Below the pieces are notes generated by a model, which saw only the letters and a program-made list of their open reading frames with translations, was not told the origin of the DNA and ran no database searches. Below are positions 62,090-64,000 of a stretch of 64,000 bases of DNA, piece by piece. The position numbers and the translations under genes are program-made. Origin of the DNA: Mobula hypostoma (Eukaryota); assembly GCF_963921235.1 (NCBI RefSeq), contig NC_086118.1:12960001-13024000 (forward strand), given 5' to 3'. Position 1 is the stretch's first letter. Each line of letters opens with the position of its first letter.

Positions 62090-63680
62090 ATTCTATAATG
62101 CTATTGCATAGTAACTCTGTGATGATACCAGTTGTAGATATTACTATTCAGACAATATATCCACAGTCCATGTTTCATAACCTTTCAATTTCCTCTTTTA
62201 ATTCAACATACTTACTTCTGTCTCTTATGTGTGTTTTGAGTAGCTTTATCTATTTAATAAGTTGTCCTTGCTTGTTTATTTTGTAATATTATATCTGGAT
62301 GTTTATTATGGATTGTCCTATCTATAATAGTCGATTGGTCATAATATAATTTGTTAGGACTCTGACTCTAAAACGGCTTGTACTTACAGTAAGGTATGGT
62401 GTCTTTTATGAGTTTATATTTTAAAGCAAGATCTTGGTGAATGATGTTTGCCACTTGATTGTGTCTGTGTAAGTAATCAGATTGAGTTAAACTGCTGCAG
62501 GATTCTGTAATGTGTTGGATTTTTTCTAGTTTTTCTTTGCATTTACTGAATTTATCATCTTGACTTTCTAGGTCTTTTATTATGTATTGTTGATATTTTT
62601 TGTGTTAACCTCCTGGTCCTGTATTGCCACAAGGAACTCCTTTGTTTCTGGGAAGAGATCTTCAATTCTGAGCCATTTGATGCTTCCCTGTCAACACCTA
62701 GTCTCCTCTGATCACAGAGATGTCTTCCATGGAGTGTCATGCCCTTCCATTGGTTAACCTTTTCTTCTATAGTGATAATTTCTTCATTTTTTTTGTGTTG
62801 TGCTTTCACTTAAATTTAGTGGTGTGTACCTCTGATCAGAATTATAGATGCTCATGTGACGTGCTGAATCCTGCTTTTGTTGATGAAAATATATCCTGAG
62901 AAGTTTTATCTGATGGTTGTGTAAATTTTTTCATATCCTTAATTCCTCATTCTCCTTCTGTCCCAGGTAATGCTAATCTAAGGACGTTTGAGTATACATA
63001 GTGTTTTCTAAAATTTGTCATTTCAGTTCTTACTTTTCTTTGTAAACTTTCTAGATCAATTTTGGACTGAAATATTATGCCAAAAGGATCCTATTGCTCT
63101 GTTTTGTATTCTATTAGCTCTATTATACTTTTCTTTATGTTTAATGTTCTGCATTTATCTCATACAATAATCTTGTCTATGTCTTTAGAAAATAGTTTTA
63201 TTACTTGAATTAATTGCTTTAGCTTTACCGATGAAGGAGAGTATAATTTCAAAACTTCCATGTATTTTGGTGATGTGTCAACATATAATTTGTTTGATTG
63301 GTTCTGATTTCATACACTATTTTTGTCCAATTCAGTAAATTAGAGAGTGTGTTCAAAGGTAGACAAAATAATAGTGGGCTGAGAGTCATCCTAAAAAATG
63401 CCTTGGTTTATTTTGATAATAGTTATTGGGTTTTTTTGGTTGTTAATAGATAATGTGATTATAGTATTCCAATGATTCATCAGATGTTGTCAGAATTTCA
63501 CAAGTATTGCATGTAGTTTATTTATATTATGAACTTCCATTAGCCATGAGTGTGGACAGATCAAAGGCTTTTTGGTAAGTCAGTATAACAACATGAAAGA
63601 CTTCTGCTTTTCCGCCGGGCTTGATTTAGAATTGCAGAATATATTACCAGCAGTTCTCTACATTCCTTCATATCCTTATG
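62090..63680 (-). mobile_element. R4/Dong (Rex6-like) non-LTR retrotransposon with restriction-like endonuclease, decayed
   Basis: Minus strand: YQKAFD, LSPLLFCL, LKLYS; then LHGRH, DLFPET-EFLVAIQDQEVNT, IQHIT-SC, YLHRHNQVANIIHQ, DRTIHNKHPDII (RLE) and KYVELKEEI. Confidence 0.85.
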
Positions 63681-63789
63681 ACATCTTTTCTGCTACTCTG
63701 CAGCCAAAGTGAGTGGTGATTAGTTGCAAAATGCATGATGTTACAATTGTTCATATAGTTTATAAACAAGTAGTATTTACTGAACTTTT

Positions 63790-64000
63790 TACTGTTGGAC
63801 TTCGGCCACATTCCACCGTGATACAACACTTGGTGGCACGGGTGGTCGTTCCTGCCTGTGGCCATCGAACGTGCAGCTCCTCCCGTGGAGGGTCAGGCAC
63901 CCTGAGCCAATAGACTGGTCCTGGACTTATTTTCCACCTGGCATAGTTTGTATTTTGGTGTTTGATTATTGGGGTTTTTTGTATTGCTATATTTATGCTC
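63790..64000 (+). mobile_element. Rex1-type LINE 3' end (runs off the window)
   Basis: SFLPVAI---SS-type C-terminus followed by a T-rich UTR. Confidence 0.5.

Overview
Repeat-dense vertebrate DNA with no recognisable intact host gene. The repeat content (HE1/V-SINE-like and Deu-domain SINEs, abundant CR1, Rex1/Babar and Penelope remnants) suggests a cartilaginous fish, probably a ray or shark; this is an inference. It looks intergenic or deep intronic. A large part is a nested mosaic of decayed transposons: Tc1, CR1, Rex1/Babar, RTE, Nimb, Penelope-like, Chapaev3-like, a hAT MITE, a solo LTR, a CsRn1-type Gypsy provirus, an R4/Dong RLE element and a Tx1 LINE. Four signals stand out. (1) A Tx1-clade LINE whose intact 5' end is fused directly to U2 snRNA nt 1-41, away from any U2 locus (Keno-like). 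(2) Penelope-derived repeats carrying a minimal type I hammerhead ribozyme, including a 161-bp TSD-flanked fold-back insertion. (3) A ~61-copy 29-bp CpG-rich minisatellite with ordered variant units. (4) Candidate regulatory DNA in unique sequence (a GGATTA/TAATCC cluster with an exact 24-bp duplication, and an overlapping double RFX X-box), plus a few orphan exon-like segments. Family assignments come from motif recognition by eye. Boundaries of old elements are approximate.
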